Source: Glaucostegus cemiculus (taxonomy: Eukaryota). Taken from it: a DNA stretch of 64,000 nucleotides. Below are positions 13,052-25,050 of this stretch, piece by piece (within the stretch, counting starts at the first letter, position 1; each line of letters begins with the position of its first letter). The notes beneath the pieces were generated by a model that did no database searches, was not told where the DNA came from, and saw nothing but the letters and a program-made list of their open reading frames with translations. The translations under genes were made by a program, and so were the position numbers. Location of the stretch: NCBI GenBank assembly GCA_976551045.1, contig CDPCPM010000013.1, positions 26,040,001-26,104,000 of the forward strand, in the 5' to 3' direction.

Positions 13052-13576
13052 TTGACCTGTCCTAGATCCAGCACGAAAATGCAATCACAAGGCAGGCATA
13101 CCAGCGTCTACTTTCTTGGAAGCTTAAGGAGGTTCAACATGTAACGGAACATTCCAACAAACTTCCACAGATGTACTGTTGGAAGTATCCTCACTGTTTA
13201 CATCATGGTCTGGTATGGCAATTCCAATGCACAGGAATATAAGAAACTGCAGAATCATGGACTCAGCCCAATACATCACGGGCACGTCCTTCCCCACCAT
13301 CAAAAGTATCAAAAAGGCAATGTCTATCATCAAAGTTTGCCACCATCTGGACCATGACATCCTCTCGCAGCTAGCATTGGACAGGAGGTACAGAAGCCTG
13401 AAGTCCCACACCACCAGGTGTGTTGAAGGCAACAGTTACTTCCCTTCAACAATTTGGTTCTTGAACCAAGTGGCACAACCTAATCACTAGAGTACAGCAA
13501 CACTATGACCACTTTTATCACTTTGCCCTAAAATGGACATTTTTTGTTCTAATTGTGTTTTTTTCTTGTAAATATT
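13052..13576 (+). mobile_element. Rex1/Babar LINE 3' part
   Basis: DLS*..QR/YFL..LRRF, WYGNS..Q, ORF 13179-13490 SAQYITGTSFPTI..KKAMSIIK..RRYRSLKSHTTR..NSYFPSTIWFLN. Confidence 0.9.
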
Positions 13577-13861
13577 GATAAGATATCTTTATTAGACACA
13601 TGTACATTGAAACACACAGTGAAATGCATCTTTTGCGTAGAGGGTTCTGGGGGCAGCCCGCAAGTGTCACCATGCTTCTGGTGGCAACATAGCATGCCCA
13701 CAACTTCCTAACCCGTACATCTTTGGAATGTGGGAGGAAACCGGAGCACCCAGAGGAGACCCACACAGACATGGGGAGAACATACAAACTCCTTACAGAC
13801 AGTGGTCGGAATTGAACCTGGGTTGCTGGCATTACGCTAACTGCTACACTACTGTGCCTGC
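13577..13861 (-). mobile_element. tRNA-headed V-SINE (HE1-like core) with Rex1/Babar-like tail
   Basis: Minus strand: tRNA-like head with box B GGTTCAATTCC (13808-13818); V-domain gagtttgtatgttctccccatgtctgtgtgggtctcctctgggtgctccggtttcctcccacattccaaaga; tail catttcactgtgtgtttcaatgtacatgtgtctaataaag. Confidence 0.88.
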
Positions 13862-13946
13862 GAACATCAACCAATTTTTCACTGTTTGGTAGATATTTTG
13901 TTTTTCTATTCTTGCTTTCACGGTGCACAACCTCACATTTTCCCAT
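13862..13946 (-). mobile_element. Short CR1 RT fragment
   Basis: GKCEVVHRESKNRKTKYLPNSEKL at the start of ORF 13518-13946. Confidence 0.7.
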
Positions 13947-14944
13947 CTTCCAGCTTCTTGGTTATACTGCTTAACCTGATACTATACCTTTGCAGATTGT
14001 ATCTGTAGTTGTCAATGTTATTGCTCAGACTATTTGTGTAGAATGTTAACCAAGATTTGTTTATAAATTAGGAAGTACTAAGTCTGTTGTTCAGTTTTGT
14101 TTAATGCATTTTACATCTTCCCTTCCACATATTGCTTTCTTCATTCTGATTTTGTACATAAAACTTTTCCTTAAGATAGAAAAGCAAGGGAAGATGATCA
14201 TACAGATGCCAAGGAATCTAAACTGAGCTATTATCTCCTGGCTGGGGATTTCTCAGTGGGAAACAGCATCCACAGATGTAAAGAATAGCTACTTCTTAAT
14301 TTCTTTTCAACAATGCCAGAAATGTGGACTACTGTTGTGGTTGACCATAGAAAAGGCTGCAACCTATAGTCAAATGTCATGCTCTAAAATGTAGTACACT
14401 GGATTGAGTGTGAGGCATTGTGGGATTTGATGCCTGTTGCCTAATTATTGACAATTGGGTTAATGTATGCAATCAAATTATATCATGATTGGTTTGAATC
14501 CAGCCAATTTGATTGGATTAACATATTATGATTATATCACAATTGATCTGTATGTAAACATATGAAAGATGTATGATTTCATTTGTTCAATGGAGAAATT
14601 GCCCGGCATGTCAAGCAGCTCACACCCCACTAATGCAGAACAATAAATATATGATGATTAGAATGGATCTGTGTGCCAAGTGATATTTTGATCTTCAATT
14701 TCCCCCAACACTAGTGAAATCTCAAGGTTGTCTCCTGCTTCTGCAGTCAGATGTCACCTGAACATCAATACAGTCTATTACATGACCAAAATAATTAGAT
14801 GAATCTGAGAGGCTGTAATAGATCATCGAAGATTCATAACTTACGCCATAGGTTTTTATGTGAAAGTGCAAAGATGTATAATTTGGACAATGAATTATGC
14901 AGCAAGAATTATGATCTTTTCCTTGTATATTGATAATTTATGCT

Positions 14945-15397
14945 TTAGGAAGACCAAAAATATAATGGAGGATCCTTCTCACCCCTCCCATCATCTCTTT
15001 ACAATTTTGCCATCTGGAAGGAGGCTCAAATGTATCAGGACGAGAACGACCAGGCTGAGCAATAGCACCTTTCCGCAAACCATCAGAACTGCGAACTCTC
15101 TCATTCCTCCATCTTCCTTGTTAACACTGAGGGATGTGAGGTGCACAGAAATGCACCAGCACTTTAAATGCCCTCCACCAGCTCGTTCACTTGAATAACT
15201 ATTTATTTAATTAACTGCCGTATTTAATTTAACCTGCCGTATTTAATTTAAACTTCCGTAGTTTTTAATTTTTTTTGTTCAGTGTGTCTGTGTGTCTGCT
15301 GTTTGTTATTTAATGGGACGTGCACCTGAGGAGGACGGTATCTCGCTCCTATGCATACTATGTATGTATATGGTTGTGACAATAAAACTGATTCTGA
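14945..15397 (+). mobile_element. Rex1/Babar LINE 3' end
   Basis: RKTKNIMEDPSHPSHHLFTILPSGRRLKCIRTRTTRLSNSTFPQTIR; ends tgtgacaataaaactgattctga. Internal 17-19 bp triplication (tatttaatt..ccg) at 15203-15260. Confidence 0.9.
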
Positions 15398-16329
15398 GAC
15401 GTTCTGAGATTCTGATTATGCCAGGTTACCAGCATAACCTGGGTGAACAGAAGAGTAATATTGGCAGGGGAACTACTGTCACTCCTGGCATTTTCCACCA
15501 GACATGACATTAGGCGTTAAAAATATACCCAGATATAGAGTAGGTGTTATTATTGTAATAAGAGCAGAGTGATAGAACTATTTAAACGTCACATCTCCAT
15601 TAGGTTTCATTTTAGCAATGATACATTAATGGTGCTCTTGCAATCCAGAGCTAAGACATCAGTGTTAAAATGCTGCTTGGCCTATTGATCACAAAGATAT
15701 TCATTTTATATGTTGCAGTAGTGCTAAATTCCGACATTTTTACTATCTACAGTTGGCTGTGATGCATTGCAGTAAGGCATGGTAATGACTTCCCTTCCTT
15801 CCTACCACCTGAGATGAGCAGTCCTACTATTGTGTAATAGTAAGCCTGACTCTGGAAAATATTGGCCAGAGTCAGAGGTGAGGGTGCATTTAGGAAAAGG
15901 ACAAGAGACCAAAGCAATTAATGGTCCAGTGTTATTTCAGTGAAAAAGAGAGTTCTTCCTCTGCCATTCATATCTTTGATTGTAAGTCTGATGAAAACAT
16001 ACACCGCAAGTAATTAAATATCGTCGGGTTTATAAGAAATCTCTTGTATGATTAATCAAGTCTGTTTCTTTTCCAGTTAACCAAAACCACCTTTTGACAT
16101 CATTGGTTATTTAAATTATTCTAATAATAAAAAATATAAAAATATTCATCCTCTTAGGAGATATCAACCTATCAAAGAATTATTTGACACCCAGGTCCAA
16201 TCTGATCATGAGAGGTTTTTTGTTTCACAGTGGTTGGGAAGAAGCTGCTGAAGGTCTCAGGCAATTTCTTCAATGAACAAAACCATCCTGGCTGACCACA
16301 GTCCTATCATAGCATGAACTGAGGACATA

Positions 16330-16555
16330 TCCAACCAAATTAACAATAAAGCATCATGTGGTTACTTGACCAGCTTATGGACAGCTCAAGCCATCCCGTG
16401 ATGTTTATCAGACACCTTACCAACTGTCCTTGGATCTACACAATGAATCTTAGTGTTCACAATACCTTTTGGGCTGATAAGAGGGGCCTTCTCTATCAGT
16501 CTGCATCAGCAAGTAACTGCAGCACTGTGGTCAAATCCCTCAATACCTTGCATGC
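16330..16555 (-). mobile_element. Ancient Deu-domain SINE relic
   Basis: Degenerate match (..gaggggcctt..gcactgtggtcaaatccctcaataccttgca) to the DeuSINE 5'/core region as I recall it. Confidence 0.35.
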
Positions 16556-19500
16556 TGTCCACAGTTCTCCATTTTGCAATACAATATGTGACAATTCTGC
16601 ACTTTGTAACATAATATATGATTATAATGACATGTGATTATGTGTGGCTGCCTTGGTTTACTCAAATGGAATAAATATTTCTTCAAATAATCACCCTTGC
16701 AAGTTTGGCAAAAGCAATAAGATGTAAGCAGTGCTGTCCTTCCTGTGTGGATGATGCTGAAGCACAGTTATTGTGAGGTTCACTAGTTCTGAGATAATAA
16801 ATCTGATTAAGCACGCTTTACAGTATCACTGGAGTTCATTTTGAGATTCCATGTATGTCAGTCAAATATGTTGCAGTCATATCTTGTTCTGCAAGATGAA
16901 TATACCTAATGTGCTTAACAATCAATCAGATACAGCCTAAGTAGTAACATATTCCACATCACTCAACAGTATTAATGCTGGAAATAAAAGCACTGCTGAT
17001 AACTATGTTTTATTGAAAGCATGACATTAAGCTATACTTTTTTCACTTCCTTGTTTGTCGCTCAGTATGTTCATATCATTTGAATTCAGTTGCTGAAAGT
17101 CAAAATGCTATTTGGAAATCCATCGATATGACATTTTAAAATTGCAACATACTGTTTTAATATTATAAAACATTAGTTGCCCACTTTATCATTTCTAAAA
17201 TGATGCTGTAATCCTAATTTATAAACCAGAGTCCCCTCACTGTTACAAAACAGTGCTGCCAGAAACAAATCTACTGAGAAAAATAAGATTCTATCATTGC
17301 TGAAAAGAATGAAAAAGCAACTGATATGTACAAGATGAAGCAGTCTGACAATCTGCCAGGATTTCATATTGAGAACAACAAAGGAAATGGAAAATAGGAA
17401 ATTCAGAAAGTTCTTTCCCGGTGTAAATTTGGTAAAATAGGTGGAACAGGCTACCGACAGGATTGCAGACTGTCCTCCTAGTGGCTGCATTTTGTTTTTA
17501 ACTTTTGAGATGCCAGGGCATTGCCAGGTTTCTGAGATGTCATTTCCCCACCATTTGCTTCAATCTCAACTTTAAAAAAAAATCCTTAAATTTATTTTAT
17601 TACATTTCTTGTTATTAACACCTGTAAACAAAACTCTTTTTAGTCATTCATCCATTTTCTGTTTTCCTTCAATGCAGCTTACATGTTGTCACATTCCTCT
17701 CTTCCCTGTGTGAGAGAGTATCTTTTTCTGAAAATCCATAGTTTTCCAATTCTGATATGAAGTTACACCTGAAATATCATACCCCAATTTATTTTGAACT
17801 ACTAAGTTTCCTTAGAAATTTCTGTTTAATTAATTTAACAAGTACCTATTTCAGAATGTTGAATGGGGAGATGACTTCAGCCAGAGACTGTTATTTGGTT
17901 CTAACTACATTCTGAATCTGTTAGGAGAAAGGAATATTTGGAAGATGTAAGGAATTCCATCGAATTGAGAGCCATTAAGTTCCAGTAAGTTACTGCAATG
18001 CATTTTATTTTCAACGTGCTGAAGGCACACTGAGGATACCAACAGAATTTGAAGACTAGGAGGAGCAAGAGAGCAAAGTTCAAAGGATCAAAGACAATAG
18101 TGGTGTCAATAGAACAAAGAAAATATAAAAAAGGTACATTGAAATGAGAAGGTTAGAGGTCAGAAAGGGATTATCTTTGATTTTTTTTGTTTGTGACTTG
18201 TCCAGGAGCAGAGGCCTTTTCCACTTAGCAAGAATACTCAAAACAAACAGAACATTTTCATTTTAGAATTATGCTTACATTACAGTTTACACCACAAATG
18301 GAGGATTCCATTGAAGCAGTTTTGCTTCATATGGCTAAAGTGTACAGAGCTGAGACCTAATATATTCTCCTTGACAAGATACAAAACTGTAAAGCAACAA
18401 TGTCACCATTTCTATGTTAGTTTTTTTTAACATTTCACCTGAGTATTTTATGTCCAGCCTATAATAATACCCTTTTCAAAAACTTTAAAAGGACAGAGTA
18501 CTGTCATGTCATTTAATAAATATGCACAAGGGTGAAAAGACCAGAGAATTATGAGATCAGGATGAGTAGAGATGGTTCTGCAAGTAGAAGCGCTTATTGA
18601 GTATAAACAATATATTGGATCAATGAGGCAGAACAGCCCAGAGCCCTGCAGAGGTTTCTATGAATGAGTCATTTCCAAGTCCAGTTTACAATGAAAGAAT
18701 AATTCAATGAATTACTACAATGAACCGTTTAAAACATTAGCATTTTTTGACCATCTATTGGTTATTTAATTCACACCAGATAAAGGAGCCTACATCAAAC
18801 TATTAAATAATGTTCATATTTTAAAAAATACTTCATGATCAATGTCAACATGGTCCAATAAATATTGCCATGCAACGCCACATGTTTGTTAATGAATAGA
18901 TGGATTTGTACATTGCCAGTGAAGCTTCCCTGTGTCCAAGAACTACAGTGGCAGAAGAGGTACCTGTGGGGAGTAAGCACAGGCCATTTCAGGTGAGGGC
19001 AGAACTTATAACCTGCTCTGCTGGTGTATGTTTGCTGAAAAATATATGTTGACTTGTGACGTGTTTCTAACCTTTCCTGTCTTTATTAGTGGAACCCAGA
19101 GGTGTCATTGTCCATGCATTCTTCCAAAGTAATTGCAGTGAAAATAATAAAAAAAGAACTGCCTTTAAGTACCTCTAACCCTAATTAGTGAATCTAAAAC
19201 AATATGCTTGATATGCCCATGACCTGGAACAATTAATGTCTTGCTAATATTTCGCTGATACTGAATAGAAATTGTACAGGAAGCAAGGTTTAAAAAAACT
19301 GAATTTTTTAAGATATAACTTCCAGAGGTTTTCCTTAGCTAGTTAGCCATACCCATCACATTATCTGTCGCCTCACCACAGTTCTAACTAATAGAATTTT
19401 GCCCCCCTGTTTGATGTTGTCATGGTAATGGAATATTATCAGATATGTCATGCACGTAGATCAGGAGCAGCAGTGCTGCATCAGGCACACAACAGCCAAC

Positions 19501-19779
19501 AGTCTTTGACCACGAATGGGACTGTGCTCTGTCAAAAGGGAAGCTGATTGTCTTATACAAGTGCTGGCACCCATAGAGCAAGCCATTTTGTGTCATCCCC
19601 CCCGCCTCCCACCAACTTCACCCACCATCCCCCTTCCACCCATAGTCGTCTGTAGGGTACTATTAACATAATAATAAACCAGGATGATCATGGGGTCTTT
19701 CACTGTTAGTCAAACAAAAAAAAATTGTCAATGAAGCCATAAAAGCTTTGAGAGAAACTAAAGGGTGAAACGTCAAAGA

Positions 19780-20270
19780 GCACTGCCTAGGTTCAGATCC
19801 GTGACTGTTCAACCTGAAAGTGACACCTAGTTCACCAGATAAAGTCTCTTTCTTCCTGCCATTAAATCTGACTGTGTTGAGTGACACCAAAGTCAAAGTC
19901 AATTCAGAGTTCTGAAAGGTGTTGGTGCATGTGGAGATCGCGCCCTTTGTGACACCACTTCCGAAATAATTTAAAACAATGACACAAAAGGGGTACATAC
20001 ACACAAAAAAAAGAGTCCCCTTTGACAATACTATGTATCGAGGACTGATAAATGTGGGAATCTCTGCTGAAACAATTGAAGCTGGCTGGCAGTTAGTAAT
20101 GACACCGAGGTATAGTTCCTGTTGGAGAATATTATCAACCATGGGATCTTGTGACATGAGTGACATCACATCCATGTTTGAGTTTGACAGTTGGCATAAC
20201 GCATGATTGACACTGGGAAAGGGTGCTATCTGCTACCTCTCAAAGTAGATCCACATCCCTAGAATATCGC
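19780..20270. promoter_or_regulatory. Candidate enhancer: homotypic TGACA/TGACACC cluster with retained CpGs
   Basis: TGACA at 19821, 19882, 19950, 19980, 20023, 20100, 20152, 20161, 20185, 20208; ETS-like CACTTCCG at ~19956; about nine CpGs. Function is inferred only. Confidence 0.45.
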
Positions 20271-21964
20271 CTTTTACCTTATGGAATATTACTACAGAGA
20301 AAATAATTACAATTTTATTTTTATATGTATTTTATTTGATTCAGGTTCACAAACAAGATTGGAGCAGCAAAATACTGTTCAGAAACACAGAACTGAATTT
20401 GTGGACATGCACAAGACTTAAACACAAATGAATATTTAAACAAAAAACAAATGGAATTACGTAAAATCATTTCACCATGTGCAACAGTCTTAATAGAATC
20501 CAAGTAACCTTGTTATGACCTTTAATTTGCAGGAAAGTCTTGATAATGCAAGCAATTAGGCTTAGTCATCACACCTTGTCCACAGATATGACCTTCTTCT
20601 GATTGTAGCTCTGTCTTTTTACTGATAAAATGTGGACCATTTTGCTGTCAGTATTTTAAATGTCAATGGTATGCCTTTTCTGTCATGCAAAAGCAACGTC
20701 AAATTTACAGTAAGCAAACTCAAGCATTGTACGGCCAGATTTTAACCTGAGGTGTATATGTTATCCAAAACCATTGAGAGACTGGTCAGTAGTAAGGAGT
20801 GGATTTTTGGACAGCCATATGATGATTGCACATAATCAATGGCACACATCCAGATAAGTAAATAGTCTGTGGCAGGACCCTAATGTAGCCAAATTCATTT
20901 TTGGTAGGGAAGGCCAAATACGAGAGGCCTACAGTTTTCTTGGCTCTTAATCCTGACCACTTCTGGTTTTCTCACCCACAAGGAAATGTGTAAAGTGAAA
21001 ATGATTACATTTTTGCCCTCTCCTCACTTTTGCTTTTGCTGGCTGTTATGATGCAAGGTTCTTCGCCTGTTTCCTTTAGTTGGCTCTGAGACTGCTGTAA
21101 ATCTGCAAGTTAAAATGGTGCAGGCACAGCAGTGTTGAGGCAGAGCAGGGAGTGCCTATCTATCATTTTAAACAACCATCCAACTCATTTCTACAACCAA
21201 GTAGGGTTGAGATCGACCACCTAATCTTACACTTAGCTTCCCTTTCTGAATTTATGAATGATGATATATAATTTGGTGCTGATACTTTTACATTTTACTC
21301 AAGAATTTAAAAGCACAACACAATTCTGAGAATTGCATAATTTCAAGACTATATATTAAAGAAACATTGTCTAGATTTATAAAGAATAATAAATCCTTTA
21401 TTGATTTGCTGCTGCATGATAATAGCTGATAGTGCCGGGCAAACCATGAAACTCAAGTAATGACATGGAATAGATTGCATTTTAATTGTAAAATGAGGAG
21501 GAAACCATCCTGAGAAACAATTACCTAATATTTAGCATGCCGTTCATTACCATTTCCTGGATGTGACTGTGTCACAGCAATACAATTACCTGACTATCAT
21601 ATTTACACGGCAAAACTTCAGCTCAATAACACAACAGAACATTATATTCTTTTACATACAAAATTAAATTTTGTCCCCAGCCTCCCTGTTTCCTTACCAC
21701 TACTGTCATTTATCACCACAAAACCCTATTAACTGATCTAATGAGAAACCAGGCTCATTCATAGTTATCATCATTTCTTCTCTTTTTTTATCTCAGTTAC
21801 TTCATTTAACAAAACAAAATGAATACCACATATTTCTAATTCTAATGAAGATATTTGTATTTTGGAATCTTTGTCATCTGGGTCTTACGATTAAGTTAAC
21901 TGCTGAACTCTAATTAACAATCCATCAAGAAACCAAGTACAAAGTCAAAGAGACAGATATTAGG

Positions 21965-24150
21965 AAATCATTGAATGATTACAGCAAAGGGAGAGGCCTT
22001 TCAGCCTGTCATGTCCCTGCCTCTCTTTAGCAGAGCAACTGTAGTTCCACATACTGTCTCTTACCCCATCACAGCACAGAAACTCATTCTTCAGCCTACC
22101 TATTTACCTTTCTACACAAATCCTATTTGCCTGCATTAGGCCCATATCTTTCTATGTCTTACCTATTTATCTGTCCAAATGCCTCTTAATTGTAGGGATT
22201 GTATCTGATTCCACCATCTCCTTTGGCAGCACATTTCAGCTACCAACCACTTTCTGTATTTACATAAGTCTCTCTAGAAGGCCACAGTGAACCCGCTGCC
22301 ACCATTTCTGTGGTCAATGTATTCCAGATTCCAATCACACACTACGCAAGGGTTTCCCTGACGTCACTCTAAAATTCTTCCCTTTACATTTTATACTTGT
22401 TATCTCCTGTCTTCCAATCTCCAACTAAAGGGAACAGACTCCCATTGTCCATTCTATGCAGACCCATTATCAGTTTAAATAATTCTAGCAAATTCTCCAG
22501 TCTTCCCTTCTCTAATTTATCCTTGCAACTGAACCCCCTCATCCCAGGAACCACACAAATATTTTTTGGATCTTTCCTCATACATTCATATCCTTCCAAT
22601 AATGTGGTGACCAGAGTGGAATGCAATCCTTCATCTAAGGGTTCAGCAGTGCTTTATGGGCTCAGTATGATTCCCATACTTTTGTACTCCACACCTTCAT
22701 TGATAAATCTCATACTTGTTTCCCTTATTAACTTTTTTCTTAACTTGCCTAGCTACTTTCAATACTATTTGCACAAATACCCCCTGGGTTCCTCTGCTCC
22801 TGCACCAGTTTTAGAAGAATATTCTTTATTCTATATTGTCTCTCTTCATTTTTTTCAATAAAAGTACGTCACCCCACATTTCACCATATTAAACTTCGTC
22901 TGCCCATTCAACCAGGCTCTTTATATCCTGCTGAAATCTATTATTATCCTCTGCATGGTTATAACTACTACAAAGTTTTGTGTCATCTGCACATTTAGAA
23001 ATTCCAGCTTGCACTTCAATGTCCAGCTCACTTAATGGATTTTTAAAAAAATGGCCTTAACACAGATCTTGAGGAAATGGTATTAATTACCTTTCTCCTG
23101 TATGAAAAGCAATCATCCACCATGAACCTCTGTTTGTTCTATACTGCCTCTCTTCATTTCTCCAAGTACCACTTTTTGATTATTTATATGCCTCTGGAAT
23201 ACTCTGGGACTCCCATTTTTGCTGGAAATTAAATCTTTCTCAAAAGTTCTCTTTGCCTCTCTTGTTTTAGTTTTCATTTCTTCTTTTACTTCTTTTGTAA
23301 TCATCCTGATTTTTGCTTGTACTTATAATTCCATAGTTGGTATAAACAGCCTCATCTTCCTACAAATCTCCTTTGTCACCTAGGGAGCTCTGGATTTGTT
23401 TGTAGTTCCTTTGGCCCACATGGGAAAATGGCTCAACCATACTTGGCCGTATTTACTTTAAAGACAACCCATTGTACCTTTACAGTTTTGTCTGTCAACT
23501 TCTGATTCCAATTTACCTGGGTCAGATCCACTCTCATATTGAAAATGGTCATCCACCAATTAATTATTTTTACTTTGGATTGCTCCTTCTTCTTGTTTTC
23601 TATAGATAACCAACAGTAAGCTTATGATAATATGGAGTCATAGAGTTGTACAACACAGGAATGGGCCCTTCAGTCCACCACATCCATGCTGATCCTTTTG
23701 CCTATCTATACTCATCCCATTTGCCATCCTTAGGACTGTATCCTCCTATACCTCACCTATTTAAGCATCTATATAAATGTCTCTTAAATGTCGTAATTAT
23801 ATCTGATTCCACCACCTCCTCTGGCAGTGTGTTCCAGATATCAACCATTCTCTGTGTTTAAAAAAAACTTAACCCTCAGATCCCCTTTAAAACTCCTACC
23901 TCTCACCTTAAAATTATTGCTCCCCATACCAATGGAAAAGGATTTTGACTATCTACCTCTTAATTTTATGTACTTCTACCAAGTTACCCCTCAGCCGCCT
24001 TTGCTCCATGCCTATCCATGACTACAAGCTCAGCCTACCTAATCTCTCCACATAACTAAATTCTTCGAACCCTAGCAATATTCTCTCCAGTGCAATCATT
24101 ATCACCTAAACTTTCTCCCAGTGAAACATGATGTCCTTCCCTACTTCATT
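21965..24150 (-). mobile_element. Old CR1 LINE with internal deletion, interrupted by younger CR1 pieces
   Basis: Minus strand in order: GNEVG..VSLGESLGDND (24097-24150), HIIIS..INWW..VNWNQKL..QWVVFK, TREAKRTFEK..SPRVFQRHIN (ORF 23113-23304), then a jump to KQRFMVDDCFS..PQ/SVLRP, ISKCADDTKL (~22975-23005), and a tail near 21965. Confidence 0.85.
23636..24097 (-). mobile_element. Younger CR1 3' end nested in the older CR1
   Basis: Begins agtcatagagttgtacaacacaggaatgggcccttcagtcc (reverse-complement tail) and ends ctccagtgcaatca (IALE on minus). Confidence 0.85.
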
Positions 24151-24184
24151 GCCTTGGAAGATTACGAAAAGTTTGATCAGACAG

Positions 24185-24420
24185 ATGCATTTTAAGCAAA
24201 GTCTCAAAAGGAGAGGTGAAAGAGCTTGAAGAGGGAATCCCAGAAAGTGAGAACATTGTGTTTAAAGACATGCCTTTCAAGGTCAGGAATCTGGATAGGA
24301 ATAGGATATGGGATGTGAGGGAAAGTTGGGTGAGTCAGAAAGGAAATGAGGTAAGAGCACAGAATGGAAGGAAATATGAGTGGTGGAGCAGTTGATTGAA
24401 AAGAAGCCACTGATGGCAAT
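24185..24420 (-). mobile_element. L2-like LINE relic
   Basis: ttttaagcaaagtctcaaaaggagag..gagggaatcccaga..aaagacatgcc; minus-strand RHVF..TFWDSL resembles the L2 C-terminal RAF..LWNSL. Confidence 0.5.
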
Positions 24421-24839
24421 GTTCAGCAATTCACTCTTAATCCTAATGAAACTCTCCTCCTCAATTTCTATATCATAGCAGTCACCAACTCCCCCCCAAA
24501 ATTAAAGCAATAAAATTAGTGGGAGAGGAAGAAGATGTAAGATTAGTGAAGCTCCAAGGGAAGAAAAGCAGAAGCAGTAAAAGGGAGACAAAGGGAGCAG
24601 AATGATAGGCCACCAGAAGTGACTGACCCTCAGCCCCCACCCCCACCAAGATTTTCAACCTGCACATATCTATGCACACAAACATAATTAAACAGCAGGG
24701 GGAGCTTTAACTGTAGATTTGCAAATGAGACTGCTATAATATCAGTATTCTTATTTTCCATTACTGTCATCATTGCTATGTTTGTGGGAGTTTCTGTTTT
24801 GCTGGAGGATATATGTGTGTAAGTTTGTTGCAGTTATAT

Positions 24840-25050
24840 TGTATGAGTGGTGGAAGCCTGGAACCCATTGTCTGATAGTGTGGGGCTGGCAGAAACCCTC
24901 ATCACATTTTGAAAAGTCCCTGGATGAGCAATTAATGTGCTGTAATCTGCAAGACTACAGTCCGAGAGCTAGAAAATGGGATGTCAGAAAGCTTCTCTGT
25001 TGTCTGCCATGGACTCAATGGGCAGAATGGCCTCCCTTTGTGCTGTAAAC
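24840..25050 (+). mobile_element. CR1 3' end relic
   Basis: gagtggtggaagcctggaacccattg..ctggatgagca; tail atgggcagaatggcctccctttgtgctgtaa. Confidence 0.75.

Noticed and set aside
12255-13576. Opposite-strand LINE pieces meeting at ~13050 as a possible inversion
   Set aside because: The pieces belong to different clades (CR1 and Rex1/Babar), so they are separate insertions.
13800-13861. tRNA-like sequence with box B
   Set aside because: It is the SINE head; no complete cloverleaf.
19663-20175. 170-aa ORF on the minus strand
   Set aside because: No recognisable family or clear splice context; the motif cluster is a simpler reading, though coding cannot be fully excluded without a search.
22397-22861. 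154-aa ORF on the plus strand
   Set aside because: Antisense of a CR1 relic.
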